NCBI GenBank assembly: GCA_965219455.1
Contig: OZ244744.1
Coordinates: 192,001-256,000 of the forward strand
Length of the DNA: 64,000 nt
Direction of reading: 5' to 3'
Origin: Candidatus Latescibacterota bacterium
GTDB taxonomy: Bacteria > Latescibacterota > UBA2968 > GCA-2709665
Part shown: piece after piece, positions 51,013 through 61,241 of the stretch
Layout: each line of letters starts with the position of its first letter
How positions within the stretch are numbered: the first letter of the stretch is position 1
The notes under the pieces: model-generated
Databases searched by the model: none
What the model saw: the letters and a program-made list of their open reading frames with translations, nothing else
Told to the model about the DNA's origin: nothing
Position numbers and translations under genes: made by a program

Positions 51013-53517
51013 GTGAACCGAACCACCGTGAAGACATTTCTGCTGGTGAATTCGATCGTGCCTAACGCTTCCGCGAATATTGCCGCTTTTTCCGCGGCCA
51101 GGACGTTTCTCCGGTCTCTTCGCGGATGTGTACCGATCCTCTTACTGGGCTTAGCCTTCGACGCCCATGCGCAACCTCGCGCGGAATATACGATCAGCGG
51201 GTACGTCGAAGATGCCTCCAATGGCGAGAAGCTCATCGGCGCCGCCCTGTACGAACCCACACTGCGCCAGGGCGCCATCACCAATCGCTACGGTTTTTTC
51301 AGTCTGACCCTGCCGGCGGATTCGCTTCGAATTGTGGTTTCGTACATCGGGTTTCGTAGCGATACCCTGGCAATCCGCCTGGACCGCGACCTTCGGATGG
51401 ATCTCGCCCTCCAGCCCCTCCCCCTTGAAATGAAGACGGTTGAGGTAGAGGCAGAGCGGTTGGATCCGATCCAGGACCAGACTCGAATGGGCGTTGTCGA
51501 CGTACCCGTAAGCCAGATCGAGAACGCACCGGTCCTCATGGGCGAAGTCGACCTGATGAAGACCCTGCAGCTTCTTCCCGGAGTTCAGTCCGGCGCCGAG
51601 GGTATGAGTGGCCTTTACGTTCGGGGCGGCGGTCCGGATCAGAACCTTATCCTGCTCGACGACGCCCCTGTCTACAACGCCTCCCACCTCTTCGGCTTTT
51701 TCTCTGTCTTCAACACCAGCGCAGTCAAGAACGTACAACTTACAAAGGCCGGATTTCCTGCGCGGTTCGGCGGGCGCCTTTCCTCCGTTCTGGAGGTTGC
51801 CATGAAGGACGGCAACATGCAGACGTTCGAAGCCGAAGGCTCCATCGGTCTTGTGGCTTCCCAGGTGACCCTGCAGGGGCCTATACGCAAAGACCGGACC
51901 TCATTCATCGTTTCGGCACGGCGGACGTATATCGATCTGCTGATCCGTCCCTTTCTGGATCCCAACGAGCGGGGTGGCTATTTTTTCTACGATATCAACG
52001 CCAAGGTGAACCACATCCTGTCGCCCCGAAACCGTGTTTTCCTGAGCCTGTACGGCGGTGACGACCGTTTCTGGAGTGACATTAAGAACGAGTACACCAC
52101 CGGCAACTATCGTAGCGAAGAGGCGACGTCCGCGGATTTCGGCTGGGGCAACTTCACTTCGACGCTGCGCTGGAACATCCTCTTCAGCAACCGGCTCTTC
52201 GGCAATCTGACCGCGATCTTCAGCCGCTATAAGCTTACCTCGGACATCGACGATCGCTCCACGACACGTGACGAGGACGTCCACGAGACCGAGACCCTCA
52301 GTCTGCGCTACCACTCCGGCATCCGGGACTTCGGCCTTAAACTGGATCTCGACTACATTCCCAATCCCGCCCACTATATCCGCTTTGGCGGCAACGGCAC
52401 CTACCACACATATAGCCCCGGAGCGGCGCAGTACAGATTCAACCCCGCCAGCGGCGCCCCTGAGGATACAACACTTGGCGCTGCCCAGGCGACGGACGCA
52501 CAGGAGTTCGGACTGTACGTGGAGGACGACGTCCGCCTATCCAAACGGCTGAGGGCCAACGTGGGGCTGCACGCCTCCGGCTTCACTTTGGACGGCTCGC
52601 GCTTCGGATCCTTGCAACCCAGGGTATCGACACGTTTCCTTTTGAATTCGCGGTGGGCCCTTAAAGCGTCCTATGCCCGGATGCGCCAGTATATCCATCT
52701 GCTCTCCAACAGCACCATCGGTCTCCCCACCGACCTGTGGCTTCCGGCCACCGATCGCGCGCGTCCCGAGGGGTCGCGGCAGGTCGGCCTCGGCCTGGCG
52801 GGAACGTTGAAGCAGGGTCAGTACGAATTCAGCCTGGAGGCCTATCACAAGACCATGACCGACCTGATCGAGTACCGGGAAGGCGCGACCTTTCTGGCGG
52901 GGTTCGGCGAACACCAGGACTGGCAGGACAAGGTGGAAACGGGGCGTGGTCGGTCCTACGGCGTCGAAATGTTCGTACAAAAAAAGCGCGGCCGCACCAC
53001 AGGCTGGATCGGGTACACGCTTTCATGGACCACGCGCCGTTTCGCCCAACTGAATGAGGGACGGGAATTTCCCTTTCGCTACGACCGCCGGCACGACGTT
53101 GCGCTGGTCCTGACCCATCAGCTGACGCGCATCACGAACGCCTCGTTAAACTGGGTGTACGGAACCGGCAATGCGATTACCATACCCGTCGCGCGTTACT
53201 ATGACGAGTACGTCAGAGGATCAATTGGAGGACACGAACTCTGGACCCCCCGCGTGCTGCCCTATGAAACCAGGATCTACGAAGACCGCAACGGCTTCCG
53301 AATGTCCGCCTACCATCGGGTTGATTTCGGGTTCAACTTCGACTGGTCCAGGCACGGATTCCGTGTGGGGGCCTACAATGCATACAATCGAAAGAACCCC
53401 TATTTCATTTATTTCGACGATTTCCGTGACTCCCAGACGGATTCCAGGGAGTACCAGGCCAAACAGGTGACCCTGTTTCCGGTTCTGCCGTGGATCAGTT
53501 ACCGTTTCAAGTACTGA
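51013..53517 (+). CDS. TonB-dependent receptor with N-terminal carboxypeptidase-regulatory-like domain
   Basis: ISGYVEDASNGEKLIGA, LQLLPGV, YVRGGGPDQNLILLD, GGRLSSV and C-terminal YRFKY; start uncertain. Confidence 0.92.
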   Translation: MNRTTVKTFLLVNSIVPNASANIAAFSAARTFLRSLRGCVPILLLGLAFDAHAQPRAEYTISGYVEDASNGEKLIGAALYEPTLRQGAITNRYGFFSLTLPADSLRIVVSYIGFRSDTLAIRLDRDLRMDLALQPLPLEMKTVEVEAERLDPIQDQTRMGVVDVPVSQIENAPVLMGEVDLMKTLQLLPGVQSGAEGMSGLYVRGGGPDQNLILLDDAPVYNASHLFGFFSVFNTSAVKNVQLTKAGFPARFGGRLSSVLEVAMKDGNMQTFEAEGSIGLVASQVTLQGPIRKDRTSFIVSARRTYIDLLIRPFLDPNERGGYFFYDINAKVNHILSPRNRVFLSLYGGDDRFWSDIKNEYTTGNYRSEEATSADFGWGNFTSTLRWNILFSNRLFGNLTAIFSRYKLTSDIDDRSTTRDEDVHETETLSLRYHSGIRDFGLKLDLDYIPNPAHYIRFGGNGTYHTYSPGAAQYRFNPASGAPEDTTLGAAQATDAQEFGLYVEDDVRLSKRLRANVGLHASGFTLDGSRFGSLQPRVSTRFLLNSRWALKASYARMRQYIHLLSNSTIGLPTDLWLPATDRARPEGSRQVGLGLAGTLKQGQYEFSLEAYHKTMTDLIEYREGATFLAGFGEHQDWQDKVETGRGRSYGVEMFVQKKRGRTTGWIGYTLSWTTRRFAQLNEGREFPFRYDRRHDVALVLTHQLTRITNASLNWVYGTGNAITIPVARYYDEYVRGSIGGHELWTPRVLPYETRIYEDRNGFRMSAYHRVDFGFNFDWSRHGFRVGAYNAYNRKNPYFIYFDDFRDSQTDSREYQAKQVTLFPVLPWISYRFKY

Positions 53518-53533
53518 TCGTCGAGGTCCAGCC

Positions 53534-54448
53534 ATGAAGAACACATGCTTCAGAATCTCGATTCTCGTCCTCGCGTTCTCAGGATGCGAGTTGATCATCA
53601 ACCCTGATTTGCCTGAACACACGCCTCGACTGGTGATAAAGGCCTTCTTCACCCCGGACGGAGGATGGGCGGCATCCGTCAGTCGGTCCGTCGGCATTCT
53701 GGAACCCTCGCCCGGGCCCGAGCGATTGGTTACCGGCGCCAGCGTGGAACTGCTTTCAGACGGCCGGATCATCGATCGGTTACTCTTTCTCGACCGGGAA
53801 AGGGCGTATGCAAGCGAAAAACTACTGCAAACGGGCAGGTCCTACTCGTTGCAGGTGTCAGCGCCGGGCTTTGAGACCGTCCATGCGACTGACAGCGCAC
53901 CCTCACCCGTACCGACGTCCATCGAATCGTATCGCGTGGAGACCACCGATCCTGCTCCCGGGGAACCTGGCGTGTCGGCGATCACGGATTTCCGGATAAC
54001 TCTTCAGATTCAAGATCCACCCGGCGAGGAAAACCGATATCAGATTCGTGTCATTGCTCCGGATCGGTCGGGTCGATTCGATCTACGTTTTTCAACGAAG
54101 GACCCGTCCATCATCGCCGACAACCGGATTGAAGATCCTGTTCTTGAAGGCGTCGAGCCGTTTGTGGGTTCCGAGCCGTTCTTCAAGGATGTTCTCTTCG
54201 ACGGGGAATCCCACGAAATTGAGTTATCGTCCACTAACTACACGGTAGAGGCGAGCCTCGAGCGTCGAATCTGGGTCGAAGTCCGATTTGTGAGCGAGAC
54301 TTATTACAAGCACCTCCGAAGCGCTCTGCTCCACAAAACCACCGACGACAACCCCTTTGCCGAACCGGTGAGAATTCACAGCAATATTGAGAACGGGTAC
54401 GGAATATTCGCGGGTTACAGCGCGCGCACCTTCGAACTCACATTCTGA
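53534..54448 (+). CDS. DUF4249-like lipoprotein
   Basis: FSGC lipobox, QDPPGEENRY and SNIENGYGIFAG; follows the TonB receptor. Confidence 0.82.
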   Translation: MKNTCFRISILVLAFSGCELIINPDLPEHTPRLVIKAFFTPDGGWAASVSRSVGILEPSPGPERLVTGASVELLSDGRIIDRLLFLDRERAYASEKLLQTGRSYSLQVSAPGFETVHATDSAPSPVPTSIESYRVETTDPAPGEPGVSAITDFRITLQIQDPPGEENRYQIRVIAPDRSGRFDLRFSTKDPSIIADNRIEDPVLEGVEPFVGSEPFFKDVLFDGESHEIELSSTNYTVEASLERRIWVEVRFVSETYYKHLRSALLHKTTDDNPFAEPVRIHSNIENGYGIFAGYSARTFELTF

Positions 54449-54687
54449 GGCGAATCTCGCAAAACGGGTCTTCGGACACCTGGTTGTGGAACGTTATATG
54501 CGTCTTCCGCCGGGTAGTTCTGCTTAGCCGGTCAAAGAGGACAATCACTGAGATCATGGCTCCGGATACATCCACATGGCATCAGAAGCACCGGAACAAG
54601 CGCACCTCGAAACATGCTGTTCCGCGTCGATTCATTGCCGCCTCCTGGTATGGACGGAAAACGGCCAATGTTGGATCGAAAGCCAGA

Positions 54688-55866
54688 TTGCTCCGTCTGG
54701 TTGTCTGTATGCTGATGATCGGCTTGGTCCCCGTCCCCGTGCGCGCTGAAACGGAGGCAGGCGGCAAAGCAGTCTCCGCCGAAGTCGGGTATGTCGCGGA
54801 TTTGCTTCGAAACGCCTCCGGCGGCATCCGGAACGGCTCGGCCTATCTGCAGAACGTCGATGCGACGATCGAGTTCGACCTTGGGCGGATATTTGGAAGT
54901 GGGGGCGGGACGTTGTTCGCGTATCTGCTCTGGAACAACGCGTCGACGTTTTCGGATCGATACCCCGGCGACGCGCAGGTTGTCTCCAACATCGACGTGG
55001 AGCAGGCGTTCCGACTTTACGAGTTCTGGTACCAACTTTCCTTTACGGAACAGCTGAACCTGAAGTTCGGACTCTACGACCTCAACAGCGAATTCGACGC
55101 CGTTAATTCGGCGGCGTTATTCCTGAACAGTTCTCACGGAATCATACCCACCTATTCCCAAACCGGAGAAAACGGTCCGTCGATTTTTCCGGCGACGTCG
55201 CTGACCGCGCGACTCGAGTGGAATTTCGGAAACAATCTGGTGCGATATGCGCTGCTCGACGCAGTGCCCGGCGATCCCCACAATCCCTCTGCCACGGCGA
55301 TTAAATTAAGCAGCCGGGAAGGGGTTTTGCATGCCTTCGAATACACCCATGAATTTTCCGGCGCGCTGCGGTTGGGGCTTGGCGCATTCTCTTATAGTGC
55401 GGAATTCGAATCGCTTCGTGAAACCGACGCGTGGGGGAATCCCGTGCGTCGCGGCGGCAATCGCGGCTGGTACGGATTTGCCGAAGGTACGCCCTACGCG
55501 GACGCCGCCGAACGACGGTCCGTATCGGCTTTCATCCGCTACGGAACCGCGAACGGCGCCCTCTATCCTTTCGCGAACTACCTTGGCGCCGGGACGGTCC
55601 TGTCAGGATTCGTACCCCGCCGGCCGGACGACCAGATCGGAGTTTCCCTGGCGTTGGCGCGGTGCGGAGCGGATTTCGGGGCCGCCAACAACGCGCGAAG
55701 CCACGAAACGGCAATCGAAATTACGTATCTTGTGGGAATCAACGACAGGTTGCGGATCCAGCCTGATATTCAATATATCATCAACCCCGGCGCCGAAAGG
55801 ACGCTCGAGAACGCACTGGTGCTGGGCATCCGGCTGGAATTGAACCACGGATTCCATCATCGCTAG
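54688..55866 (+). CDS. Carbohydrate-selective porin (OprB family)
   Basis: QVVSNID, RLYEFWYQ, GLYDLNSEF, FLNSSHG and QPDIQYIINPG; start uncertain. Confidence 0.88.
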   Translation: MLRLVVCMLMIGLVPVPVRAETEAGGKAVSAEVGYVADLLRNASGGIRNGSAYLQNVDATIEFDLGRIFGSGGGTLFAYLLWNNASTFSDRYPGDAQVVSNIDVEQAFRLYEFWYQLSFTEQLNLKFGLYDLNSEFDAVNSAALFLNSSHGIIPTYSQTGENGPSIFPATSLTARLEWNFGNNLVRYALLDAVPGDPHNPSATAIKLSSREGVLHAFEYTHEFSGALRLGLGAFSYSAEFESLRETDAWGNPVRRGGNRGWYGFAEGTPYADAAERRSVSAFIRYGTANGALYPFANYLGAGTVLSGFVPRRPDDQIGVSLALARCGADFGAANNARSHETAIEITYLVGINDRLRIQPDIQYIINPGAERTLENALVLGIRLELNHGFHHR

Positions 55867-56131
55867 CGTTCAGCACGGCCTCGTGCCTTCTCGGCGCTCC
55901 AGCCATTCCTCATTCCACAACTGGTCGATAGACAATGTGCAGCATGAGCTGTAACCGCGGTGAACGAAAATCCCGAGAACACGTACTAACCGGAGGTTGA
56001 CAATCTTCCAGGCTCGTCGACAACCGCCCCACCGGTACCCGACTGTTTGCGTAGCGAAGACTTTCTGATGACCGATATACCCTCTCCGATCCGGTGCCCC
56101 GGGCGATTGGAAAGGCCGAATAAAAGATATG

Positions 56132-56173
56132 AAAAAGAGGGAGTTGAAGGCGGTTGCCTTCAACTCCCTCTTT
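56132..56173. terminator. Strong terminator hairpin with perfect 18-bp stem
   Basis: AAAGAGGGAGTTGAAGGC-GGTT-GCCTTCAACTCCCTCTTT. Confidence 0.85.
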
Positions 56174-56189
56174 GATTTTCCACGTAAAT

Positions 56190-56218
56190 AATATAACAAA
56201 AAATCGCCCAAAAGTCAA
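56190..56218 (-). promoter_or_regulatory. Sigma70-type promoter firing into the adjacent hairpin
   Basis: TTGACT-N17-TATATT on the minus strand with AT-rich upstream DNA. Confidence 0.6.
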
Positions 56219-56351
56219 GCACATAAATTTTTTAATAATAGGTAGTTAGAGTCCTTTTTTCTGTTGAATTCGTGCGTTGGGTGACCTATCTTAATCGGGC
56301 AGGCATCCAGGATACATTTTTCCAAATATGCATACATGAAGGGAGCGTCGT

Positions 56352-58265
56352 ATGCTGCCGCGATCGGACCTCGATTTTTGGGACCGACGCGAGAACGCCA
56401 CAGCGATCAGGGTAAACCTGCGTTGGGCATGGCGCCACATATGGGCTCATGCGAGGATGGCGGCGCTTTGTCTGATCGGCGCGCACATCCTGCTGGGCAT
56501 CCAACCCGCCCTGCTCATCCACGTCACCAGGAACCTCGTCGACACCGTGGTCGACCTGGCCGACGGCGGGACCTCGGGCTTCGGCGACCTCCTCCCGTGG
56601 CTGATTGCCTTCGGCGTGATCCTTCTACTCACCAGAGAAGTGCTCTGGAACGTGCGGGACGTCCTCCATCTCCGGCTGGAACAGAACCTTTCTCATATCA
56701 TGGGCCGCCGACTTCTGGAACGTTCCGCCCGGCTGCCCCTGCTGTTCTTCGACGTCAGCGGGACGTACGACCGCCTCGAGCGGGCCCACGATCCCGGGCA
56801 AAAACTGGATCGGCTGTTCTTCACGACCCTGCACGTATTCGAGGCCGCGATCAAGGCTGTCTCCGTGGCCGCCATGTTCGCCTCGGTTTCGCCGTGGATT
56901 ACCCTCGTCCTGCTGGCCGTACTGGCGCCGCAGGTTCGTCTGGATATGGAGCAGAGCCGGAGGTTTATGGCTTTCACGTACGGCGAGACGCCTGAGGAGC
57001 GCCGGGCCGGTTACGTCGACCGCATCCTGACGGGGCGGACCGAGCAGAAGGAGATGCGTCTCTTCGACCTGCACGCGCCGCTCACCAAACGCTGGCGCTC
57101 GACGCGACGGGCACTGAGGGAGCGGCTGTTGGACCAACGCCGGCGCCAGGTCATCGGAGGCCTGCCGGCCACCGGGTTGCGTGTCGCCGTGGGCCTCGGC
57201 GTGGCCGTCGTCCTCGCGTACCTGCTCGGAGGCCGGGTACTCACACCCGGACAATTCGTGGCGCTGTTTCAGGGTGTCGGCGACATGCTCGGCGCAGGAG
57301 GCAGTCTTGGCTTCAACTCCAGAGAGTTGCAGGCTCGTTCGGCCGAGGTCGGCTACGTAAGGGGTTTCTTCGACATGTCCGACGGCGTCGAACCCAAGAC
57401 CCAAACCCCTGGTGATAAAGGGGGAACCCCGTTCGCCGCGTTTCCGAGGCCGATTAAGAGTGGGCTTATCGTCGACAACGTCCACTTTGCCTACCCGGCA
57501 GCCGCTTCCGGGGATTCGGCCCTGCCCGTCCTGCAGGGAGTCAGTTTCCACCTTGCGCCGGGCGAACGCGTCGCCCTCGTCGGCGACAACGGCGCCGGAA
57601 AGTCCACGCTGGCCAGGATCCTCCTCGGTCTCTACCCTCCCACCGCGGGGCGCGTGGCAGCCGACGGTCTGGACTATGCTGACATTGACCCCGACAGCCT
57701 GTCAGACGCCGTAAGCGCCGCTTTCCAGGACTACTGCCGGTTCGAACTCACCCTGGAACAATCCATCGGCATCGGCACACTGGGCACTTCGGGTGACGGA
57801 CCAGCCGCCGAACTATGGCCCTCGTGGCTGCAACCGGACATGGCGGTGGTTCGAAAGGCCGGGCGCCGCTCTGGCGCCGACGAGCTCTCGGAACGGCTTC
57901 CCAATGGTTACGACACCCCGGTCGGGCACGTCCTCGACGGGGGGCAGGGGCTGTCCGGCGGCGAATGGCAGCGCATCGCCATCGCCCGTGCCTTCACCCG
58001 TGATCCGGAGTTGCTCGTTCTCGACGAACCGGCCGCGGCCCTCGATGCCGTGGCGGAGGCAGCGCTGTACCGGCAGTTCGCCGAACTCCTCGAGGGGCGA
58101 ACCGCCCTGCTGATCAGCCACCGGCTCGGCTCCGCGCGCATGGCCGATCGCATCCTTGTGCTGCGGCACGGTCGCATCGTTGAGGACGGACGGCACGACG
58201 ACCTGCTGGCGACCGGAGGCGTGTACGCCGGCATGTGGGAGGAACAGGCATCGTGGTACCGGTAG
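56352..58265 (+). CDS. ABC exporter, fused permease/ATPase
   Basis: TM domain, GDNGAGKST, LSGGEWQR, LDEP and ISHRL motifs. Confidence 0.93.
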   Translation: MLPRSDLDFWDRRENATAIRVNLRWAWRHIWAHARMAALCLIGAHILLGIQPALLIHVTRNLVDTVVDLADGGTSGFGDLLPWLIAFGVILLLTREVLWNVRDVLHLRLEQNLSHIMGRRLLERSARLPLLFFDVSGTYDRLERAHDPGQKLDRLFFTTLHVFEAAIKAVSVAAMFASVSPWITLVLLAVLAPQVRLDMEQSRRFMAFTYGETPEERRAGYVDRILTGRTEQKEMRLFDLHAPLTKRWRSTRRALRERLLDQRRRQVIGGLPATGLRVAVGLGVAVVLAYLLGGRVLTPGQFVALFQGVGDMLGAGGSLGFNSRELQARSAEVGYVRGFFDMSDGVEPKTQTPGDKGGTPFAAFPRPIKSGLIVDNVHFAYPAAASGDSALPVLQGVSFHLAPGERVALVGDNGAGKSTLARILLGLYPPTAGRVAADGLDYADIDPDSLSDAVSAAFQDYCRFELTLEQSIGIGTLGTSGDGPAAELWPSWLQPDMAVVRKAGRRSGADELSERLPNGYDTPVGHVLDGGQGLSGGEWQRIAIARAFTRDPELLVLDEPAAALDAVAEAALYRQFAELLEGRTALLISHRLGSARMADRILVLRHGRIVEDGRHDDLLATGGVYAGMWEEQASWYR

Positions 58266-60070
58266 AACCCGATCCCATTCTGACGCGTCCTCGCGGGCCC
58301 CGCACCCTCCTCCGATTCCTGGGCTGGATGATCCGCGCCGAGCCGGGGAGGGCCATCGCCGCATTGGGGCTGGATCTCGCGGTAGGCGTGCTGCCGGCCG
58401 CAATGGTCTGGGTCGTACGGGAACTGTTCGATCGTGGCCTCGGCGTGTACGAGGGCCAGCTACCGGTCAATGCCATGCTTCCGTGGCTGGCCCTGTGGGC
58501 GGCCGTTATCGTGGCGGAAACCGGCATTCAGACCTGGACCCGATTGATTTTGCTCGAGCGAGTGAAGCAGGAACTGGAAGATCGGCTGCTTGAGCAACTC
58601 CAGGTCAAGTCCCGGGCGATTCACCTGGAGACCTTCGAGCGGGCCGACTTCCACGACCTCCTGCGCCGCGCCCAGGAGGCAGCCAAACCCGGCTTTTTCC
58701 TGAACCTCTTCGGCGAAATCCGATCAATTCTTACCGGAGCCGTGACGGCGGTTTCCGTCGCCGTCGTTGTCGGGCTCTGGAACCCGGTACTCCTCCTCGC
58801 CGTCGTGCTGGTCTCATTGCCGCCTCCCCTGATGAGCATGATTCACGACCGCGGCAGGTTTTACACGTTTCGACGGTCGACGCAGGCGCAGCGGCTGCGC
58901 GGGTACCTGGAAAGGACGCTGACGGAGCGAGAGGCCGCCAAGGAGGTGCGGGTGTTCGGCCTGGGTCCCGCCCTGACCGGCTGGTGGGAGTTCCTCTACT
59001 GGCGAGTTGCCGATGCCATCTATCAACAGCTTCGCAGGAACTGGGTCCTTCGAGGTTTCCTTTCGGCGTTCAGTCTCCTGGCGTTCGCCGCCGGCGTTGG
59101 ATGGTCGGCATGGGCGGTCCTCGAGGGTGGGCTGTCGGCGGGACAGTTCGCCGCCATGATCGTCGCTCTGCGCCAGGTGCGCCAGAGCGTCGACGGGGTC
59201 ATCGGCCGGATTGGATACCTTGGCATCCGGCTGTTAAACATCGCCGACCTGTTCATCTACCTGGACCTTGGCCCTGAAGAGCCGACCGGCGGAGCCGAGA
59301 TCGCATCACTCAAGGGAAGCACGATCGTAACCAGGGACCTCTCCTTCCGCTATCCCCAGGCAGAGCGTCACGCTCTCAACGAAATCACCTTAACCATCCG
59401 ACCCGGTGAGAGGATCGCCCTGGTCGGCGCGAACGGATCCGGTAAGACCACCCTCGTCAAGCTCCTGCTGGGGCTGTTCCACCCCACCGCCGGCGAACTG
59501 GACTACGGCGACCTCGCGGCAAACCGGACGAACCGGGACCAGTTCTGGAACCGGTCCACGGCGGTCTTCCAGGATTATACCCGTTTCGCCTTCACCCTGG
59601 GTGAAAACATCGGTTTCGGCCGATGGGAGCGGATGCAAGAGCCGGGCAAAATCGAGCGCGCGGCGCGCCGAGGCGGGGCGGACGCCGTGGCCAGCCGGCT
59701 CCCGGAGGGATATGAAACCCTGCTTGGCAGGGAGTTCGAAGGCGGCACGGAGTTGTCGGGCGGGGAGTGGCAGAGGGTTGCGATTTCGAGGGGTTTCATG
59801 CGGGACGCCGACCTCGTCGTCCTCGACGAACCCACGGCCTCCCTGGATCCGAAGGCCGAGGCCGACGTGTTCCGGCGCTTTCTCGCCATGGCCGGAGGGA
59901 GAACCACGATCGTGGTCTCCCATCGGCTGGGCTCGGCGCGGATGTGCGACCGGATCCTCGTCCTCAAGGAAGGCCGGCTCGTCGAAGCAGGAACCCACGA
60001 CGAACTGGTCTCCCGAAGCGGAGAGTACGCCCGGATGTGGGCGCTGCAGGCGGGATGGTATGGAGAGTAG
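58253..60070 (+). CDS. ABC exporter, fused permease/ATPase (probable heterodimer partner)
   Basis: GANGSGKT, LSGGEWQR, LDEPT and VSHRL; GTG58253 behind GGAGG overlapping the upstream stop. Confidence 0.93.
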   Translation: MVPVEPDPILTRPRGPRTLLRFLGWMIRAEPGRAIAALGLDLAVGVLPAAMVWVVRELFDRGLGVYEGQLPVNAMLPWLALWAAVIVAETGIQTWTRLILLERVKQELEDRLLEQLQVKSRAIHLETFERADFHDLLRRAQEAAKPGFFLNLFGEIRSILTGAVTAVSVAVVVGLWNPVLLLAVVLVSLPPPLMSMIHDRGRFYTFRRSTQAQRLRGYLERTLTEREAAKEVRVFGLGPALTGWWEFLYWRVADAIYQQLRRNWVLRGFLSAFSLLAFAAGVGWSAWAVLEGGLSAGQFAAMIVALRQVRQSVDGVIGRIGYLGIRLLNIADLFIYLDLGPEEPTGGAEIASLKGSTIVTRDLSFRYPQAERHALNEITLTIRPGERIALVGANGSGKTTLVKLLLGLFHPTAGELDYGDLAANRTNRDQFWNRSTAVFQDYTRFAFTLGENIGFGRWERMQEPGKIERAARRGGADAVASRLPEGYETLLGREFEGGTELSGGEWQRVAISRGFMRDADLVVLDEPTASLDPKAEADVFRRFLAMAGGRTTIVVSHRLGSARMCDRILVLKEGRLVEAGTHDELVSRSGEYARMWALQAGWYGE

Positions 60071-60181
60071 AAGACGTATTAATTCGGGATATATTGCTTG
60101 CGCTTCTTCGACATGGACCCCTCCTTCACGGAATTGGTGGCAGCCGCCCGGCGTCATTCCCGTACCAAAAAAACCGCCTGC

Positions 60182-60289
60182 CTTAGCAGCCCGTTGAAAA
60201 AGTCCATCCGGTCTGCGGCCGGCTCTTGTGGCCGAATTACTGCGTTGCTCGGCCTCGCCTGCAGAGCAACTTTTCAACGGACTGCTAAG
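60182..60289. mobile_element. MITE-like element (108 bp) with 19-bp terminal inverted repeats
   Basis: CTTAGCAGCCCGTTGAAAA ... TTTTCAACGGACTGCTAAG (18/19 match), no coding capacity. Confidence 0.75.
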
Positions 60290-60327
60290 CCTTCTGGACG
60301 TGGGCGGTATTCTGGGAGCCACTTGAT

Positions 60328-60642
60328 TTATATGTTTGTTCCGGATCGAACCCTATCCAAATATCTGTCAGATTCATCATGTGATTCTATGTATAGAATT
60401 CGAGCATTGTTTTCTTCGATCACAAATCCTATTCGATGTTTTTTCCCAATGCGAGCGGTCCAAACATCGTCTACCTTCTTGAGCCTCCTTCCCGGCAGAA
60501 CGACTTGCTCCTGGAGTTCTTTGTAAAATCTCCCAAGATTGTTTCTTGTGTTTGGGGGTAGTTTTCTGGCAGATTTCTCGACGCTTTTGTTGTGGTACTC
60601 TATTTGTTCTATGGGTGGAAATCGATACCCATGCACATTCAA
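60328..60642 (-). CDS. RelE/ParE-superfamily-like toxin
   Basis: Basic 104-aa protein; LKKV..VWTARIGKKHRIGF...ILYIESHD pattern. Confidence 0.65.
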   Translation of the reverse strand: MNVHGYRFPPIEQIEYHNKSVEKSARKLPPNTRNNLGRFYKELQEQVVLPGRRLKKVDDVWTARIGKKHRIGFVIEENNARILYIESHDESDRYLDRVRSGTNI

Positions 60643-61166
60643 CCCCGCAGCTGGGCGATCGCTTCATCCACTGAATAGATGCCTCCAGTTGCGGGCTGGT
60701 TTTTCCGATGGAGAATTATGATATACCATCGAATTTCTCGAATCAATGCTTCAAGCGACCGAAGATTGTCCATGACCCCCTTGGTTGAATCGAATAGTGG
60801 CTCATCGAATTCCTCGAATAACTCTAACATCGGGGAAATCTCATCGATCATTTCCTTTGCCATGGCTTCTCCGCTATTCATCCCCTCGATTGCAGTTTTC
60901 GCATCACCATTACACAGACCCAGATATTCTTCCGGGTTTTTCTCCAGGAAATCCAATCCCCTTCTCAATTCTCCGACGGCTTCGCGGGTTAGAGAATCAA
61001 GCTGACTCAAAGCTTCCCTGGTCCTGGAAGATAGTTCTCTAAAATTGGCCATCCTCCGCTTCAGGTCTCTTATTTGCCCCTCTTTCCCGCTAATAGGAAG
61101 CGTATCGCCTTGCGCCCAGATAGAAGCAACCTGCGACATACACGACATATCTAAGACTGCGGGCAT
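60639..61166 (-). CDS. Hypothetical acidic helical protein, putative antitoxin
   Basis: GGGAGG RBS; ATGA overlap with the toxin; C-terminal YSVDEAIAQL. Confidence 0.6.
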   Translation of the reverse strand: MPAVLDMSCMSQVASIWAQGDTLPISGKEGQIRDLKRRMANFRELSSRTREALSQLDSLTREAVGELRRGLDFLEKNPEEYLGLCNGDAKTAIEGMNSGEAMAKEMIDEISPMLELFEEFDEPLFDSTKGVMDNLRSLEALIREIRWYIIILHRKNQPATGGIYSVDEAIAQLRG

Positions 61167-61212
61167 GTCCTACCTCCCTTTATGGGGGAACATTTCCGAC
61201 GGGTATGTAAAA

Positions 61213-61241
61213 AAAGTATGTCCACTGATCCCGCATGTCAA
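61213..61241 (-). promoter_or_regulatory. Sigma70-type promoter of the putative TA pair
   Basis: TTGACA-N17-TACTTT about 45 nt upstream of ATG61166. Confidence 0.65.

Noticed and set aside
55867-56120. Possible small peptide or RiPP precursor upstream of the ABC pair
   Set aside because: No short ORF with a convincing RBS or leader/core pattern on either strand.
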